DNA of 64,000 nucleotides from an uncultured Gemmatimonadales bacterium (GTDB lineage Bacteria; Gemmatimonadota; Gemmatimonadetes; Longimicrobiales; Longimicrobiaceae): NCBI GenBank assembly GCA_963716255.1, contig OY970303.1, positions 2,752,001 to 2,816,000 of the forward strand, read 5' to 3'. Shown piece by piece: positions 40,265 to 53,502 of this stretch (position 1 is its first letter; each line of letters starts with the position of its first letter). The notes under the pieces were generated by a model. It saw only the letters and a program-made list of their open reading frames with translations, ran no database searches and was not told where the DNA came from. The position numbers and the translations under genes were made by a program.

Positions 40265-40402
40265 CCGGTTCTCCTTCCTGAGGTTGCCGCTCCCTCAAGC
40301 AAGGTGCGTGCGCGCCGTCTGTTCAGGCGCCCGGGCGCCGCGTGGCCGCACCCTTGCGGCAGCCGTCCGCAGGGCGCCGCCACCTCCCGCACGCGAGGCT
40401 CC

Positions 40403-42046
40403 ATGATCTGCATCCTGCACGGCTACCTGCTGGAAGGCTCGGGGAGCAACCTGTGGACGCGCTCCGTGGTGGAATCGCTCTGCCGGCAGGGCGAGACCGT
40501 GCACCTCATGGCGCAGGAGAACCACCCGGAGCGCTACGAGTTCATCGCCGAGGCGCGCCGCTACCTGCCGGACGGGACGGAGGAGGGCTTCTTCCGGCGG
40601 ACGAGCCCGCTCCCCGGGTGCTGCACGCTCCACAAGCCCGTGCTGGGCGAGGTGCTTCCGGTGTACGTGTGGGACCGCTACGAGGAGTTCAGCCGCCCCA
40701 CCGCCATGGTGGAGCTCTCCGACGCGCAGATCGAGGACTACCTGGAGCGCAACGTCCGCGCGCTGCTGCGCATCGTCCGGGAGAACGGCGTCACCTCCAT
40801 CCACGCCAACCACGCCGTGCTCATGCCCACGGTGGCGCAGCGGGTCGCCGAGGCCACCGGGGTGCCCTTCGCGGTGATGCCCCACGGGAGCGCGCTGGAG
40901 TACGCCGTCAAGCGCGACCCGCGCTTTCTGCGCCTGGCCACGGAGGCGTTCACGGCGGCGCGGCGCGTGTTCGTGCACGGCGAGGAGATGCGACAGCGGG
41001 TGCGCGACTCGCTCCCCGGCGTGCCCGGGCTGGAGGCCAGGTTCTCGGACCTGCACCTGGGGGTGGACACGCGCAGCTTCGAGCCGGTGGAGCGCGCGGG
41101 GCGGCGCGCCAGCATCGCCCGGCTGGAGGCGGCGCTCTCGGGACTGCCGCGCGGGCGGACGCCGGCGCAGACGCAGGGGATGCTCGCCCGGCTGCGCGGG
41201 GACATGGACACGGCGCAGCTGCGGGAGGCGTTCGCGCCGGCGCAGCGGTTCGACGGCAAGACGCCGGACGCGGAGCTGGAGGCCCGCCTGGGCGCGGTGA
41301 GCTGGGAGGACGACGCGACGCTGCTGTACGTGGGGCGGCTGATCTCCACCAAGGGGATCCAGGGGATCGTGGCCGCCCTGCCGCTGCTGCTGGAGCGCCG
41401 CCCCGACCTGCGGCTGCTGGTGGTGGGGCACGGCCCCCTGCGCGAGCCGCTGGAGGCGATGCTCTGGGCGCTGGAGCACGGCGAGCGGGCCCTGGTGGAG
41501 CGCATCGTGGCGGAGGGGCGGGAGCTGGAGGGGACACCGCAGGGCGACACCGGGGGCGCGGAGCTGACCATGGTCGCCCGCTTCCTGGAGCAGCTGGGGG
41601 CGCGCGGCGAGCTGGACGCGTACTACGCGGCGGCGCGCGAGCGGGTGCGGCCGGACCGGGTGGTGTTCACCGGCTACCTGACCCACCGGGAGCTCCGCTA
41701 TCTTTTCCCCTGCTGCGACGCGGCGGTGTTCCCCTCGGTGGTGCGGGAGGCGGGGCCGCTGGTGTTCCTGGAGGCGCTGGCCTCCGGGGCCTTTCCCCTG
41801 GGCACCTACTTCGGGGGGATGAAGGCGAGCATCGACTCGGTGGCCGAGGTCCTCCCGCCGGGCGAGGCGGAGGCCATGAAGCTGTCCGCCGCGGCGGACC
41901 GCACCGTGGCGGACATCGTCGCCAACGTGCCCCCCGCGCTGGAGCTGGGGGAGCGCCACCGCGAGGCGCTCTTCCGCCTGGCGCGGGAGCGCTACGACTG
42001 GGCCAGCGTCACCCGCAAGCTTTCCCACGAGCTGAACGCGCTTTGA
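40403..42046 (+). CDS. Glycosyltransferase family 4 (GT-B)
   Basis: GYLLEGSGSN, LYVGRLISTKG, VFTGYL, VFPSVVREAGPLVFLEALASG, ERYDW. Confidence 0.88.
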   Translation: MICILHGYLLEGSGSNLWTRSVVESLCRQGETVHLMAQENHPERYEFIAEARRYLPDGTEEGFFRRTSPLPGCCTLHKPVLGEVLPVYVWDRYEEFSRPTAMVELSDAQIEDYLERNVRALLRIVRENGVTSIHANHAVLMPTVAQRVAEATGVPFAVMPHGSALEYAVKRDPRFLRLATEAFTAARRVFVHGEEMRQRVRDSLPGVPGLEARFSDLHLGVDTRSFEPVERAGRRASIARLEAALSGLPRGRTPAQTQGMLARLRGDMDTAQLREAFAPAQRFDGKTPDAELEARLGAVSWEDDATLLYVGRLISTKGIQGIVAALPLLLERRPDLRLLVVGHGPLREPLEAMLWALEHGERALVERIVAEGRELEGTPQGDTGGAELTMVARFLEQLGARGELDAYYAAARERVRPDRVVFTGYLTHRELRYLFPCCDAAVFPSVVREAGPLVFLEALASGAFPLGTYFGGMKASIDSVAEVLPPGEAEAMKLSAAADRTVADIVANVPPALELGERHREALFRLARERYDWASVTRKLSHELNAL

Positions 42047-42831
42047 CCGAACCGGACGCATCCCCGCCGCCCCCCGCCGACTTCCCCGCCGACGCCATCG
42101 TGGTGCTGGGCGGCGGCGTCCTCCCCGACGGTACCCTCCCCGTGGTCCCCCGGACCCGCGTGGAGCGGGCGGTGGAGCTGTTCCGCGGGGGCATCGCCCC
42201 GCGCATGGTACTGTCCGGTCGGTGTGGGCTGATGGACCCGGAGCCGCTGGTGACCGAGGCCGCGGCCATGGCGGCGTACGCCATGGAGCTGGGGGTGCCG
42301 CGGGAGGCGCTGCTCCTGGAGGAGGGGTCCAAGGACACGCTGGGGAACGCATACTTCACCCGGGCGCACTTCCTGGAGCCCAACGGCTGGACCTCGGTGC
42401 GCGTGGTCACCTCGGACTTCCACCTGTCGCGCGCGGCCTGGGTGTTCCGCAAGGTGCTGGGGGGGACGTACGACTTCTCCTTCGTGTCCGCGGCGTCCGG
42501 CCTGTCGCCGCGGGAGATGATCGACCGGGCGGTGGAGGAGTGCCGCATCCTCATCTTCCTCAACGAGTGGCTGCAGGCGCTGGAGGAGGCGGACGAGCAC
42601 GCCCTGGAACGGCTGATGGAGCACGAGCACCCCGGCTACTCCGGCGCGCCGCTGCTCACGCACGACGAGATGCAGCGGCGGCTGGACGAGATCTCCAAGA
42701 TCACCCGCATCGCGGGCGGCGAGGGGTGGATCGCGGCCGGCGGCGGCCCCGGTGACTGGGACGGGGTGGTGGAGCGCCGGGGCGCCGCGGACCGGCGCGC
42801 CCGACGGGCGATCTCCGCGGGGAGGCGGTAG
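42043..42831 (+). CDS. YdcF/DUF218 (ElyC/SanA-like) protein
   Basis: DAIVVLGGG, VLSG, EAAAMAAYA, EEGSKDTLGNA, VVTSDFHLSRA; TTG overlaps the GT4 stop. Confidence 0.85.
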   Translation: MTEPDASPPPPADFPADAIVVLGGGVLPDGTLPVVPRTRVERAVELFRGGIAPRMVLSGRCGLMDPEPLVTEAAAMAAYAMELGVPREALLLEEGSKDTLGNAYFTRAHFLEPNGWTSVRVVTSDFHLSRAAWVFRKVLGGTYDFSFVSAASGLSPREMIDRAVEECRILIFLNEWLQALEEADEHALERLMEHEHPGYSGAPLLTHDEMQRRLDEISKITRIAGGEGWIAAGGGPGDWDGVVERRGAADRRARRAISAGRR

Positions 42832-42855
42832 ACCAGGCACGCATGCGGACGAACC

Positions 42856-43785
42856 CTACAGGGTGAGCGACCCCTCCCCGAAGGGCCAGAACTCCTTGCA
42901 CTGGAGCGGCCGCCAGTCGTCGTACAGCCACACCAGCCGCGGCTTCAGGGGGTCCTTCGTCTCTTCCTTGCGGAAGAAGCTCCCGCAGAGCAGCCGCTGG
43001 TAGTAGAAGTGCCAGTAGCCGTAGCTGCGCACCCCGAACACGGTCCCCTTGGCCACCTCGAACTTGACGATCCCGCCGCCGTCGCTGAACCCCTTCACCC
43101 CCTTGTCGGCCAGGATCTTCTCGAGGTACCGCTTCTCGTCCTGCTCCCCGCTGGGCCGCCCGAGCAGGCTCTGGTACGCGTGCTGGTTGATGCTCTTGGG
43201 GTGCAGCAGCCCCTTGCGGTTGCTCTCGCCCACCTTGTCGTGCTGCGCGCTCATGGCCTTGTAGGCCTGCTCCATGACGACGACCTTCGCCTCGATGTAG
43301 ATCTTGGCGAGGTCCTCGCGCACGCTCCGGTCGCCGGCCGGGCTCCCCAGGAAGCTGACGACGTTGGAGTGGTAGACGGTGGGGTTCTCGGGCGGCCCCT
43401 CCACCGTGACCATGCACCCCTGGAGGTTGTCGGTGAAGAACACGTCGGGCTCGCGGGGGACCGGCTGGTGCTTGCTGGGCTTGAGCGTGACGCGGACCAC
43501 CTGGTCCTCGGCCCAGGGGAGGTAGTAGATGGGGAAGGAGGTGGGGGTGTCCGTGTCGGGGGGGTGCCCGGAAATACCCACCGTGCAGGTCCGCCCCGTG
43601 CCCACGGTGAGCGTGGCCTGCGTCACCCTGCACGATCCCGGCACCTGCGCGAAGTTGGCGATGTGCTTCGGCGCGCCGACCACCGCTTTGTCCTTGAGCT
43701 CGGGCACGATCCCGCGCTGGAGCAGGAACGCGTACTTGCTCCCGCATCCCTCCGGGTCGCGCAGCAGCTTGTCTCGGGTGATCAT
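42856..43785 (-). CDS. Hypothetical protein with BLF1/CNF1-like deamidase motifs
   Basis: Clearly coding (codon pattern, Lys/Tyr-rich); YYLPW then FFTDNLQGCMVTVEGPPENPTVYHSN. Function is inferred. Confidence 0.6.
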   Translation of the reverse strand: MITRDKLLRDPEGCGSKYAFLLQRGIVPELKDKAVVGAPKHIANFAQVPGSCRVTQATLTVGTGRTCTVGISGHPPDTDTPTSFPIYYLPWAEDQVVRVTLKPSKHQPVPREPDVFFTDNLQGCMVTVEGPPENPTVYHSNVVSFLGSPAGDRSVREDLAKIYIEAKVVVMEQAYKAMSAQHDKVGESNRKGLLHPKSINQHAYQSLLGRPSGEQDEKRYLEKILADKGVKGFSDGGGIVKFEVAKGTVFGVRSYGYWHFYYQRLLCGSFFRKEETKDPLKPRLVWLYDDWRPLQCKEFWPFGEGSLTL

Positions 43786-43912
43786 GCGTCGGTTCCGTCG
43801 GGCACGGGGATCCGCGTGAAGGAGCGTTCCGGGGGCGCTCCAAGCTAGCGCCGGCGCGGGATCCCGGCAAAAAGGCCTGATCCCCGCGCTCCTTCCGGCG
43901 GCCTCGGCGCCG

Positions 43913-44713
43913 TCAGGGCGCCTCGCCGGTCTCCAGCAGCGTCTTGAGGCCCGCCAGGATCTCGGGCCAGCCGCCGGTCTCGCTCTTCCGGCCGCTCACG
44001 GCCCGCAGCATCTCGGTGTCGCTCTCGAATCCGTCGTGGATCACCGTCAGCTTCACCATCGACCTCACCGGCTCGATCTCGAAGGTCACCTTCGTCAGCT
44101 TCTCCTTCACCAGCTCCGCGAAATACTCCTCGCTCCAGCCGAAGAACGCCTGGTGCCCGGGCTGGTAGTTGTGCCAGCTGTACGACAGCCGCCTGCCCGG
44201 CTCGGCCTCCAGCACCACCATACCCAGGTCGCGCGCCTCGCCGCCGGGCTCGTCCTGCCACAGCACCGGCGATCCCGGCTTCCAGTCCGACACGAGCCCG
44301 GCGCCCCAGTACCGGTGCGTGAAGGCGGGATCGGTGAGCGCCCGCCACAGCGCCTCCGGCGTGGTGCGGATGTAGGTCGCGTACACGAACTCGCTCGCGC
44401 GCATGGCTCCCTCCTCCAGGGCTCGTTTCAGGTCGGCGAGCGCCCGCGCCCGCTCGCGGTGGTACCGGCCGATCCAGCGGTCCGCCACGTCGTGGATCGG
44501 CGCGGCGTTCAGGTAGTGGAGCTTTTCCCGGCCCTGCCGCGCCGTCGTCACCAGGCCGGCGGCCTCCAGCACCGCCAGGTGCTTGGTCACCGACTGGCGC
44601 GCCATGTCCAGCCCCGCGCACAGCTCGCGCAGGGTCTGGCCGCCGCGGGCGTTCAGACGGTCGAGAAGCAGCCGCCGCGAAGGGTCGGCCAGCGCCCTGA
44701 AGATGTCGTCCAT
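43913..44713 (-). CDS. ArsR-family HTH fused to SRPBCC/AHSA1 domain
   Basis: IFRALADPSRRLLL...KHLAVLEAAGLV...GREKLHYLN; FVYATYIRTTPEALWRALTD...GWPEILAGLKTLLETG. Confidence 0.92.
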   Translation of the reverse strand: MDDIFRALADPSRRLLLDRLNARGGQTLRELCAGLDMARQSVTKHLAVLEAAGLVTTARQGREKLHYLNAAPIHDVADRWIGRYHRERARALADLKRALEEGAMRASEFVYATYIRTTPEALWRALTDPAFTHRYWGAGLVSDWKPGSPVLWQDEPGGEARDLGMVVLEAEPGRRLSYSWHNYQPGHQAFFGWSEEYFAELVKEKLTKVTFEIEPVRSMVKLTVIHDGFESDTEMLRAVSGRKSETGGWPEILAGLKTLLETGEAP

Positions 44714-44730
44714 CGCGGCCCCCGGATCAT

Positions 44731-44783
44731 GCAGCCGCCAGGCTGCCTTTTACAGGATACGCAGCCGCACGGATGCACGTCAA
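44731..44783 (-). promoter_or_regulatory. ArsR promoter with two palindromic operator candidates
   Basis: GCAGCC-N4-GGCTGC (44731) and GCAGCC-N4-GGATGC (44761), 30-bp period; minus-strand TTGACG-N18-TATCCT. Confidence 0.55.
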
Positions 44784-44808
44784 CCCCGCCGGCTCCAGCG
44801 CTCACCCC

Positions 44809-44951
44809 GCGTGAGGGATTTCGGCCCGTTTGAAGGGGCGCGAGTATCGCCGCGGGCAGTTTCGCGGGGCTCGACTCCGCTGGCGAGCGTTGTTTGCTCG
44901 CCTACGGAGCCGAAGCCCACGGAACGCCCGGCGCAAGCCGGGGGCACGCCC
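44809..44951 (-). repeat. Family A repeat copy 3 (most diverged, with insertions)
   Basis: Same termini; inner stem GGCGAGC/GCTCGCC. Confidence 0.85.
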
Positions 44952-44972
44952 GAACCCTTCCGTCCAGACAAA

Positions 44973-46472
44973 CTACCTCAGCCGCTCGCCGTCCGGGCTC
45001 CACACCTCTACCGCGCCCAGGTTGAGCGCGCGGATGGGCGCCTCGATGGCCGCCAGGTCGCCGGCCACCACGAGGGTGAGGGCGTCGGGGTCCAGGCGGC
45101 GCGCGGCCAGCTCGGCGGCCCCGGCGGGGGTGACGGCGGCCAGGCGCTCGCGATAGGTGGCGTAGTAGTCCAGCGGCAGGCCGTAGACGATCGCGGTCTG
45201 CATGCGCCCGGCGAGCCCCTGCACCGTCTGCACCGAGGCGGGAAAGCTCCCCACCAGGTTGCCGAGCGCCCCCTGCATCTCCTCGCCGGGGACCGTGTCG
45301 CGGGCGAGGCGGCGGAGCTCGCGCACCGACTCCACCAGCGCCGAGTCCGTGGCGCTGGTGCGCACCGACGACGAGATCACCATGGTTCCCGTGCCGGACA
45401 GCGCGGACAGCGTGGCGAAGGCGCCGTACGTCCAGCCGTGCCGCTCGCGCAGGTTCTGGTTGACGCGGGCGTTGAAGGCGCCGCCCAGGACCTGGGTCAG
45501 CGCGGTCATGCGGAAGAAGTCCGGGTCGTCCGCCCCCACCGCCCCCTGCCCCACGCGGATCGCCGACTGCACCGAGCCGGGGCGGTCCAGCAGGATCACC
45601 CGCGTCCCCCGCACCGGCCGCAGCGCGCTCGCGGGCGCGGGGGTGGGCCGCGCCGGGGCGCTCCACCCGCCGAACGCCTCCGTGGCCAGCCGCCGCGCCT
45701 CGCCCTCGTCCAGGTCCCCCACAAGGAGCAGCGTGGTGGTCGCCGGGCCGTAGCGGGCGCGGTGCCACCCGGCCACGTCCGCGCGGGTGAGCGACCGCAG
45801 CGTGGCCGCGGTCCCGCCGGAGGGGCGGCCGTACGGCGCCCCCGCCGCGTACACCGCGCGGGCGAAGTTCTCGGTGGCCAGCCCCTCCGCCGTGGCGCGG
45901 CCCTGCAGGAAGGTGGCGACCGCCTGGCCGCGGATCCGCTCGAACTCGGCCGCGGGAAAGGCGGGCTCGGTGACGGTGGATGCGGCGAGGCGCATGGCCT
46001 CCGGGAACGCGCTCTTCAGCGCGGTGACGGTGACGCCCGCGGAGGTGGCGCCGCCGCTCGCCTGGAACTCGGCGCCCAGCCGCTCCATGCGCTCCGCGAG
46101 CTGCGAGCCGGTGAGCCGGCGCGACCCCTCGGCCAGCAGCGAGGCGGTGAGCCCCGCCAGCCCGGCCTTCGCCGCGGGCTCGTGCACGGAGCCGGCGTCC
46201 ACGATGACGCGCGCCGTCACCAGCGGCATCCCCGTCTGGCGCACCGCCACCACGCGCAGCCCGTTGGGGAGGGTGAGCTCCTCCACGGGAGGGAGCCGGT
46301 AGGGGCGGAGCGGCCCGGGGGCGGGGGGGCGCTGCCAGGCGGGCGCCGTGTCCGCAGGAACGGGCGCGGCGGCAGCGGCGGGCGCCGGCGCGGGCGCCGC
46401 CACCGGGGCGGGGGCGCACGCCGCGCAGGCGAGCGCGAGGGCCGCGAGGGGGAGCGAGGATCGCCGGGTCAT
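44973..46472 (-). CDS. M16 peptidase, non-catalytic subunit, lipoprotein
   Basis: TLPNGLRV, LGGAFNARVNQNLRERHGWTYG; no HxxEH. Confidence 0.9.
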   Translation of the reverse strand: MTRRSSLPLAALALACAACAPAPVAAPAPAPAAAAAPVPADTAPAWQRPPAPGPLRPYRLPPVEELTLPNGLRVVAVRQTGMPLVTARVIVDAGSVHEPAAKAGLAGLTASLLAEGSRRLTGSQLAERMERLGAEFQASGGATSAGVTVTALKSAFPEAMRLAASTVTEPAFPAAEFERIRGQAVATFLQGRATAEGLATENFARAVYAAGAPYGRPSGGTAATLRSLTRADVAGWHRARYGPATTTLLLVGDLDEGEARRLATEAFGGWSAPARPTPAPASALRPVRGTRVILLDRPGSVQSAIRVGQGAVGADDPDFFRMTALTQVLGGAFNARVNQNLRERHGWTYGAFATLSALSGTGTMVISSSVRTSATDSALVESVRELRRLARDTVPGEEMQGALGNLVGSFPASVQTVQGLAGRMQTAIVYGLPLDYYATYRERLAAVTPAGAAELAARRLDPDALTLVVAGDLAAIEAPIRALNLGAVEVWSPDGERLR

Positions 46473-47875
46473 GGCCGCGCGGGAGTGGGGGTGGCAGCGG
46501 TGCGGGGGACGAACACCAGGGTGACGCGGTTCTCGGGGACCAGGCGCTCCGCGGCGAGCTCACGGAGGCCCGCGACGGTCACCGCGTCCACCTCCGCCAG
46601 GCGCCGGTTCACCCACCCCGCGTCGCGGTGCACGGTCCACCCCTCCGCCAACAGGTCCGCGCGGCCGCCGAATCCGCCCAGCCCCTGCAGCTGGTCCACC
46701 ATCCGGAAGCGGGCCGCGGCCCTGACGCGCTGCAGCCCGGCCTCGTCGATCCGCCCGGCGATCCCCTCCATCTCGGCCAGGAGGGCGCGCTCCAGCGCTT
46801 CCGGGTCGCCGCCCGGCTTGCCGACGGCGCCCACCACCAGCAGGTCCGCGCCGTCAGCGTGGTCGAAGTTGAAGGAGAACACGCTGGTGGCCACCTGCCG
46901 GCCCCGCACCAGCGCCTGGTCGAGCGGGCTGGTGCGCCCGTCGGCCAGGTAGCCGGCCAGCGTCGCGACCGCGGCGCTGCGGGGGTCGCGGGCCGCGGGC
47001 ACCCGGAAGCCCAGGTACACCGCGGGGGCGGGGGCGCTGGCGTCCTGGATCACCTCGCGGACCGGCGCGCCGATCCGCGGCGGGAGCGAGGCGCCCTGCA
47101 GCGGCGGCGGGTCCTGGCCGCGGGGGATGGGGCCGAAGTAGCGGCGCACCAGGGCGCGGGTCGCCTCCACGTCCATGTCGCCCGCCACCACCAGCACGGC
47201 GTTGTTGGGGACGTAGTAGGTGTCGAAGAAGTCTCGCACCTCCTCCAGCCGGGCGTTGTCCAGGTCCGCCAGCGAGCCCACCACCGGGTGGTGATAGGGG
47301 TGCCCCTCCGGGTAGGCGTGCGCCAGCATCCGCTCCATCCAGCGCCCGTACGGCTGGTTGTCGATCCCCTGCCGGCGCTCGTTCTGCACCACCGCGCGCT
47401 GGTTGGCCAGCTTGCCCTCGTTGAGGACCTCGTCCAGCGTCGCCATGCGGTCGGCCTCCAGCCAGAGCGCCAGCTCCACCATGTGCGAGGGCACCTGCTG
47501 GAAGTAGTTGGTGCGGTCGCTGGAGGTGGTGCCGTTGATGTCCGCGCCGGCCCGGCCGCCCGCCGCCTCCAGGATGGCGAAGTGCTGCCCCTCCGGGACG
47601 TTGCGCGACCCGGTGAAGAGCATCAGGTGCTCGAACAGGTGCGCGAACCCGGTGCGCCCCGGCTGCTCGTGCTTGGAGCCCACGTCGTACCAGAGCATGG
47701 TGGACACCAGCGGGGTGGAGCGGTCCACGTGGTACACCACCTTGAGCCCGTTTGGGAGAGTCTCCTCGGTGTAGTCCAGGCGGACCGACTCGGCCGCGGG
47801 CGGCGCCTGCGACTGCGCGGCAAGGGCGAGCGGGAGCACGGCCGCGAGCGCGGCCGCGAGCAGCGGTGGTCTCAT
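46469..47875 (-). CDS. M16 peptidase, catalytic subunit
   Basis: GRTGFAHLFEHLM (HxxEH), NGTT, DRTNY, VQNERRQ, YYVPNNA. Confidence 0.93.
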   Translation of the reverse strand: MRPPLLAAALAAVLPLALAAQSQAPPAAESVRLDYTEETLPNGLKVVYHVDRSTPLVSTMLWYDVGSKHEQPGRTGFAHLFEHLMLFTGSRNVPEGQHFAILEAAGGRAGADINGTTSSDRTNYFQQVPSHMVELALWLEADRMATLDEVLNEGKLANQRAVVQNERRQGIDNQPYGRWMERMLAHAYPEGHPYHHPVVGSLADLDNARLEEVRDFFDTYYVPNNAVLVVAGDMDVEATRALVRRYFGPIPRGQDPPPLQGASLPPRIGAPVREVIQDASAPAPAVYLGFRVPAARDPRSAAVATLAGYLADGRTSPLDQALVRGRQVATSVFSFNFDHADGADLLVVGAVGKPGGDPEALERALLAEMEGIAGRIDEAGLQRVRAAARFRMVDQLQGLGGFGGRADLLAEGWTVHRDAGWVNRRLAEVDAVTVAGLRELAAERLVPENRVTLVFVPRTAATPTPARP

Positions 47876-48075
47876 GCGGTTCCTCTGCGGGACACGGGGG
47901 CGGGCGGGCCTCCCGGGACGTCCCGGCGGCGGCCGACGCTAGAATAGCGCGCCCGTCCGCGCGGTACAACGGCGACGCCCGGAAGGCCAGGCGGTTGTTT
48001 CCGCCGAACTCCCTGCGTACCTTCGCTGGTTCCGGCAAATCTTCCGCCGGGTGATCCGCGACCGCCGCACACACC

Positions 48076-52239
<4,164 letters not shown>

Positions 52240-52253
52240 ACAGCCTGGGATTC

Positions 52254-52382
52254 GGGCGTGCCCCCGGCTGGCGCCGGGGTCGGGCTTCGGCTCCGTAGGG
52301 CTGCAAACAACGCAGCCCAACGGAGTCGAGCCCCGCGAAACTGCCCGCGGGTCTCGCCCCTTCGGGCCGAAATCCCTCACGC
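52254..52382 (+). repeat. Family A repeat copy 4, between SNF2 and SWIM genes
   Basis: Same termini; inner stem GGGCTGC/GCAGCCC. Confidence 0.9.
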
Positions 52383-52403
52383 GACGGCAGGCCCCCTCCC
52401 CCC

Positions 52404-52462
52404 GGCCCCCTCTCCCAGAATCGGGAGAGGGTGGCGAGCCTCAAGCGAGCCGGGTGAGGGCC
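52404..52462 (+). repeat. Family C repeat copy 3
   Basis: GGCCCCCTCTCCCAGAATCGGGAGAGGGTGGCGAGCCTCAAGCGAGCCGGGTGAGGGCC. Confidence 0.75.
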
Positions 52463-52499
52463 GCAGTTGTTCCCTGTTCCCTGTTCCCTGGCAGTCCCC

Positions 52500-53372
52500 A
52501 TGTCCGACTGGTGGATGTACGAGAATTCCGAGCGCCTTCCCTCCCGCGACGGGATCCGCGCGCGCAGCCAGCGCGGCGAGATCGGGGAGACGTGGTGGTC
52601 GCGGCGGTTCATCGCCGCGCTGCGCGAGGTCACCGACCCGTCGCGGCTCACCCGGGGGCGCAGCTACGCCCGCAGCGGGCAGGTCATGGAGCTGCGGGTG
52701 GCGCCCGGCGTGGTGACGGCGGCGGTGCAGGGGTCGCGGCCCGCGCCGTACCGCGTGCACATCGCGCTGCCGCCCTTCACGGACGGCGAGTGGGAGCGCG
52801 CCGAGGCGGCGCTGGCCGGGCAGGCGCTCTTCCTCGCCGCGCTGCTGGCCGGGGAGATGCCGCGCGACGTGGACGCGGCGTTCCAGGCCGCGGGGCTCTC
52901 GCTCTTCCCCACGCGGCCGGACGAGCTGGGCGCCAGCTGCACCTGCCCGGACCCCGCGAAGCCGTGCAAGCACATCGCCGCCACCCTCTACATCCTCGCC
53001 GAAGCCTTCGACGACGATCCCTTCCTGGTGCTCGCCTGGCGGGGGAGGCCGCGCGACGAGCTGCTGGCGCGGCTCCGCGCCCTCCGCGGCGCCGCGCCCC
53101 GGGACGCCGGAGACGCCGCGGCGCCGCCGGAGCCGCGGCGGTCCGGCGGCTTCTGGCACGCGGGGCCGGAGCTGGCGGCGCTGCACTTCGCGCCGCGGGC
53201 CGCGGAGGTGCCCGACGCGGTGCTGCGGCAGCTGGGGCCCCTCCCCCGCGTGGCCGGGGCCGAGCGGGTGGCGGAAGCGCTGGCGGAAGCGTACCGCGTC
53301 TTCACCGCCGCCGCCGAGCAGCGCGCCTTCGGGGACGGCGGCCCTGCCCCGGACGCGCCCCCCGCGGGGTGA
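52500..53372 (+). CDS. SWIM zinc-finger protein (SNF2 partner)
   Basis: TWWSRRF, RLTRGRSYARSG, VQGSRPAPY, SCTCPDPAKPCKHIAA, DPFLVLAWRG. Confidence 0.92.
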   Translation: MSDWWMYENSERLPSRDGIRARSQRGEIGETWWSRRFIAALREVTDPSRLTRGRSYARSGQVMELRVAPGVVTAAVQGSRPAPYRVHIALPPFTDGEWERAEAALAGQALFLAALLAGEMPRDVDAAFQAAGLSLFPTRPDELGASCTCPDPAKPCKHIAATLYILAEAFDDDPFLVLAWRGRPRDELLARLRALRGAAPRDAGDAAAPPEPRRSGGFWHAGPELAALHFAPRAAEVPDAVLRQLGPLPRVAGAERVAEALAEAYRVFTAAAEQRAFGDGGPAPDAPPAG

Positions 53373-53502
53373 CCCCGGGACGCGGCGGCGCGCCGCGGAC
53401 GCGGTCCGCACCGCTCCCGCACGGCTCGCCCCCGCCGGCTGTCCCCGCCGTGCCGGGGCGCGTACATTCCGCGCTTCCCGCACCCCCGGCCAGGCATCCC
53501 CC

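Noticed and set aside
52468..52490. TGTTCCC heptamer repeats (also near 11128-11142)
   Set aside because: Only two or three units each; too short to assign a function.
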